From contig JAIVFI010000035.1 of NCBI GenBank assembly GCA_025558095.1, positions 62,001 through 126,000 of the forward strand: a stretch of 64,000 nucleotides of DNA. Reading direction: 5' to 3'. The stretch comes from Hyaloraphidium curvatum SAG 235-1 (lineage: Eukaryota; Fungi; Monoblepharomycota). This document shows positions 62,245-64,000 of this stretch, one piece after another. The notes beneath the pieces were generated by a model. The model made no database searches, was not told where the DNA came from, and was given only the letters and a program-made list of their open reading frames with translations. Both the position numbers and the translations under genes were made by a program. The stretch's first letter is position 1. Every line of letters starts with the position of its first letter.

Positions 62245-62976
62245 TCAAAACCTGCGCACCCCCGCTTTGCCGCCTGCGAGCGCTACAACCAAGCCATCGG
62301 GCATCCTCGCCGGCACCGTCTCCCACGGACTCGCACCCTCGTCCCACGTCCACACAACCTCCTCGCCGCCCGCTCCCACGTATCCCGCGGGAGGCACTAC
62401 CACCCAACCGCCAGCATTCCTCCACTGCACCTCCACCACTTCGCCATCCACCTTGTACCTTCTCGCCGAAGCCTGCATTTTCGCAAGACGCAGATCGTAC
62501 TCAAACAGCACCACCCGCCCCTGCGGCCCCGACGCAGTCACCGTCGCCAGACCCCGCACGCCGCCAATCCCGCACTTGGCGAGCAGCGTCTCCAGTCCGC
62601 CTTTGTCGTCGCCGCACTCCAACGCCACGACGCCTCCAACGGCGCCCGTCGCAAGCCCCACGGCGTTGTGCTGCGGCAGCACCCGGTGCTCCGCCTCGGG
62701 CTTGTGCCAATTCAGCGGGAGAGACACCCTCTCCGCCCCGGTGCGCGCATTCCAACCGATGCACACGGGGAAGGCCATGTAGCCCAGTTCCCTGTACGCG
62801 CGAACGGCGTCGGCGACGGTGAGCTGTCCTTCCGACTTGGTGCCGATCGTAAAGCGCCTCTGCACCGGCCCCTTCGCACGATCCGCCGCCGGCAACGCAC
62901 TCTCCAGCGCCTGCTCGCCGTCGACGACAGTGTCCGACACGGGCCTGAGTCCTTCGGGGGTTGCCATCAACGACAT
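62245..62976 (-). CDS. Stand-alone, probably inactive Prim-Pol paralog
   Basis: Aligns with the N-terminus of the large primase (LTVA.A..A.R..G...FP, N..GL.TG..GG, LATVT, PP..Y, P.RMPD.LV). DxD is replaced by ECG and the His by Val. Confidence 0.75.
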   Translation of the reverse strand: MSLMATPEGLRPVSDTVVDGEQALESALPAADRAKGPVQRRFTIGTKSEGQLTVADAVRAYRELGYMAFPVCIGWNARTGAERVSLPLNWHKPEAEHRVLPQHNAVGLATGAVGGVVALECGDDKGGLETLLAKCGIGGVRGLATVTASGPQGRVVLFEYDLRLAKMQASARRYKVDGEVVEVQWRNAGGWVVVPPAGYVGAGGEEVVWTWDEGASPWETVPARMPDGLVVALAGGKAGVRRF

Positions 62977-63097
62977 TTGAACGGAGCTGCGAGGATTCGA
63001 CTTGCGTCCAACAGACGCGCACCCCGTCCATTGGCCACAATCTGTTTTCGCGGCGACCACCCCAGTAGGTGGTGACCACCGGTGCAGATCAATCGCC

Positions 63098-63505
63098 ATG
63101 CACGCCGCAGAGCCACCGTCCACGCCCATCTGCGGCACCGACGCCGCCGACATCACCGACGCGACGAGCGCCTCATCCGCGCTGACTCGCCCGCAAAGGC
63201 GCAGGCGGAACGCCCACCTCCTTTTTGAGACCATCGTCCGGAATCTGGACGTCAGAGACGATGACGTGCTCCTCGTCACCCGATCGGTGGTTCTTGACCA
63301 CATCCGACGTCTCGCTCGCTGGGAGGTCGACAAATACGCCAAATCGGCTGTCCTCATGAAACAGCTCCAGACCGCCGCTGCCCTCATGTACGGAGACACA
63401 CACAGCGTCACCTTGATGAAAGTGAACGGACAAAGCGGCAGTTTGGTCTTGGTCGCGCCTTTGAACGCTGTGCGCGCTGCCGCGACAGTTGAAGCGAGCG
63501 CGTGA
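63098..63505 (+). CDS. Small protein, family Y copy 2
   Basis: Paralog of 61735-62070. Confidence 0.7.
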   Translation: MHAAEPPSTPICGTDAADITDATSASSALTRPQRRRRNAHLLFETIVRNLDVRDDDVLLVTRSVVLDHIRRLARWEVDKYAKSAVLMKQLQTAAALMYGDTHSVTLMKVNGQSGSLVLVAPLNAVRAAATVEASA

Positions 63506-63646
63506 TCAACCGGGCAGCACGCGCCCAACGGCGACGAACGACGTCCAACAGCGCCAACTGCGCTTGTCGCGGGCGACAATGCCTCGTCGCGGCCAGGGCC
63601 TCCATCATTTTCGTTGCATCGTGGATCAACGTGGATTGACGAAAGG

Positions 63647-64000
63647 ATGGGTGCTGCGGTGAGCACTCAGATTTCGGAGACGACAAGCGAGATCCTGACC
63701 AACATCCTGATTCAAAACAGCTCAGAATGCTCTGCTCTTTCGGAACAGCGTGCCCGGATTGAGCTCAAAGCAAAGGGCCCGATCATTTTACCAGGGGGTG
63801 CAAGGATCTCTCAAGACGCCAATGTGAGCCTCCAGTGCGTGTTAGAGTCGACAAACGACGCAAAGATCAGATCGCAACTGGAGTCCAAGTTGCGACAGGC
63901 GGTGAAATCAGAGCTTGAAGGGCTCAACCTCTTCCAAGTCAGTGTTTCCACCAACATTTCGAAGCAGATCGCCCGGGTTGCATCGACGATAGACCTGAAG
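63647..64000 (+). CDS. N-myristoylated virion membrane protein (poxvirus L1R / iridovirus lipid membrane protein-like), runs off window
   Basis: Hand translation: MGAAVSTQISETTSEILTNILIQNSSECS...ISQDANVSLQCV... It has the MGxxxS myristoylation motif and spaced Cys. Not in the ORF track. Confidence 0.75.
   Translation, partial: MGAAVSTQISETTSEILTNILIQNSSECSALSEQRARIELKAKGPIILPGGARISQDANVSLQCVLESTNDAKIRSQLESKLRQAVKSELEGLNLFQVSVSTNISKQIARVASTIDLK

Larger units (their letters stand above)
40271..64000. mobile_element. Endogenous DNA-virus-like element (Nucleocytoviricota/Polinton-like affinity); left border uncertain, continues past window
   Basis: Tightly packed, apparently intronless ORFs including a tyrosine recombinase, A32 ATPase, D5-like primase-helicase, L1R-like myristoylated protein, T5orf172-like, F-box and Sel1 genes. 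Confidence 0.85.

Noticed and set aside
40271-64000. Classical Polinton/Maverick or DIRS/Crypton/Starship element
   Set aside because: No protein-primed PolB, rve integrase or RT is seen. The recombinase motifs are virus-type rather than DUF3435/Crypton-like, and A32, D5 and L1R-like genes are present.

Overview
GC-rich eukaryotic DNA with short spliceosomal introns, most likely from a fungus (an early-diverging/zoosporic lineage is an inference). It has three zones. (1) 1-11.9 kb: compact host genes (SRPK kinase, Spo11, MFS transporter, Tag 3-methyladenine glycosylase, GPI-type lysophospholipase, COA6-like protein, Rieske ferredoxin). (2) 12.6-39.8 kb: a transposon nest. One Helitron Rep gene on the + strand is split by an intact Ty1/copia element, a deleted chromovirus (Ty3/gypsy) carrying an accessory two-gene module, a LINE, and a non-autonomous copia with nearly the same LTR. 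It is then cut off before a MULE-like transposase gene. All inserts are on the - strand. (3) ~40.3 kb to the window end: a dense, apparently intronless endogenous DNA-virus-like region. It encodes two F-box paralogs, a virus-type tyrosine recombinase followed by four small paralogs resembling its non-catalytic N-terminal domain, an A32-type packaging ATPase, a GIY-YIG/T5orf172-like protein and a Sel1-repeat protein. It also has a duplicated ~260-bp palindromic element, a ~1860-aa Prim-Pol/AEP/D5 primase-helicase, a degenerate Prim-Pol paralog and the start of an L1R-like myristoylated membrane protein. The integrase-bearing Nucleocytoviricota-like element is the strongest candidate for an undescribed system. 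No capsid or PolB gene is visible in this window. All family assignments come from recognising motifs by eye, not from database searches.
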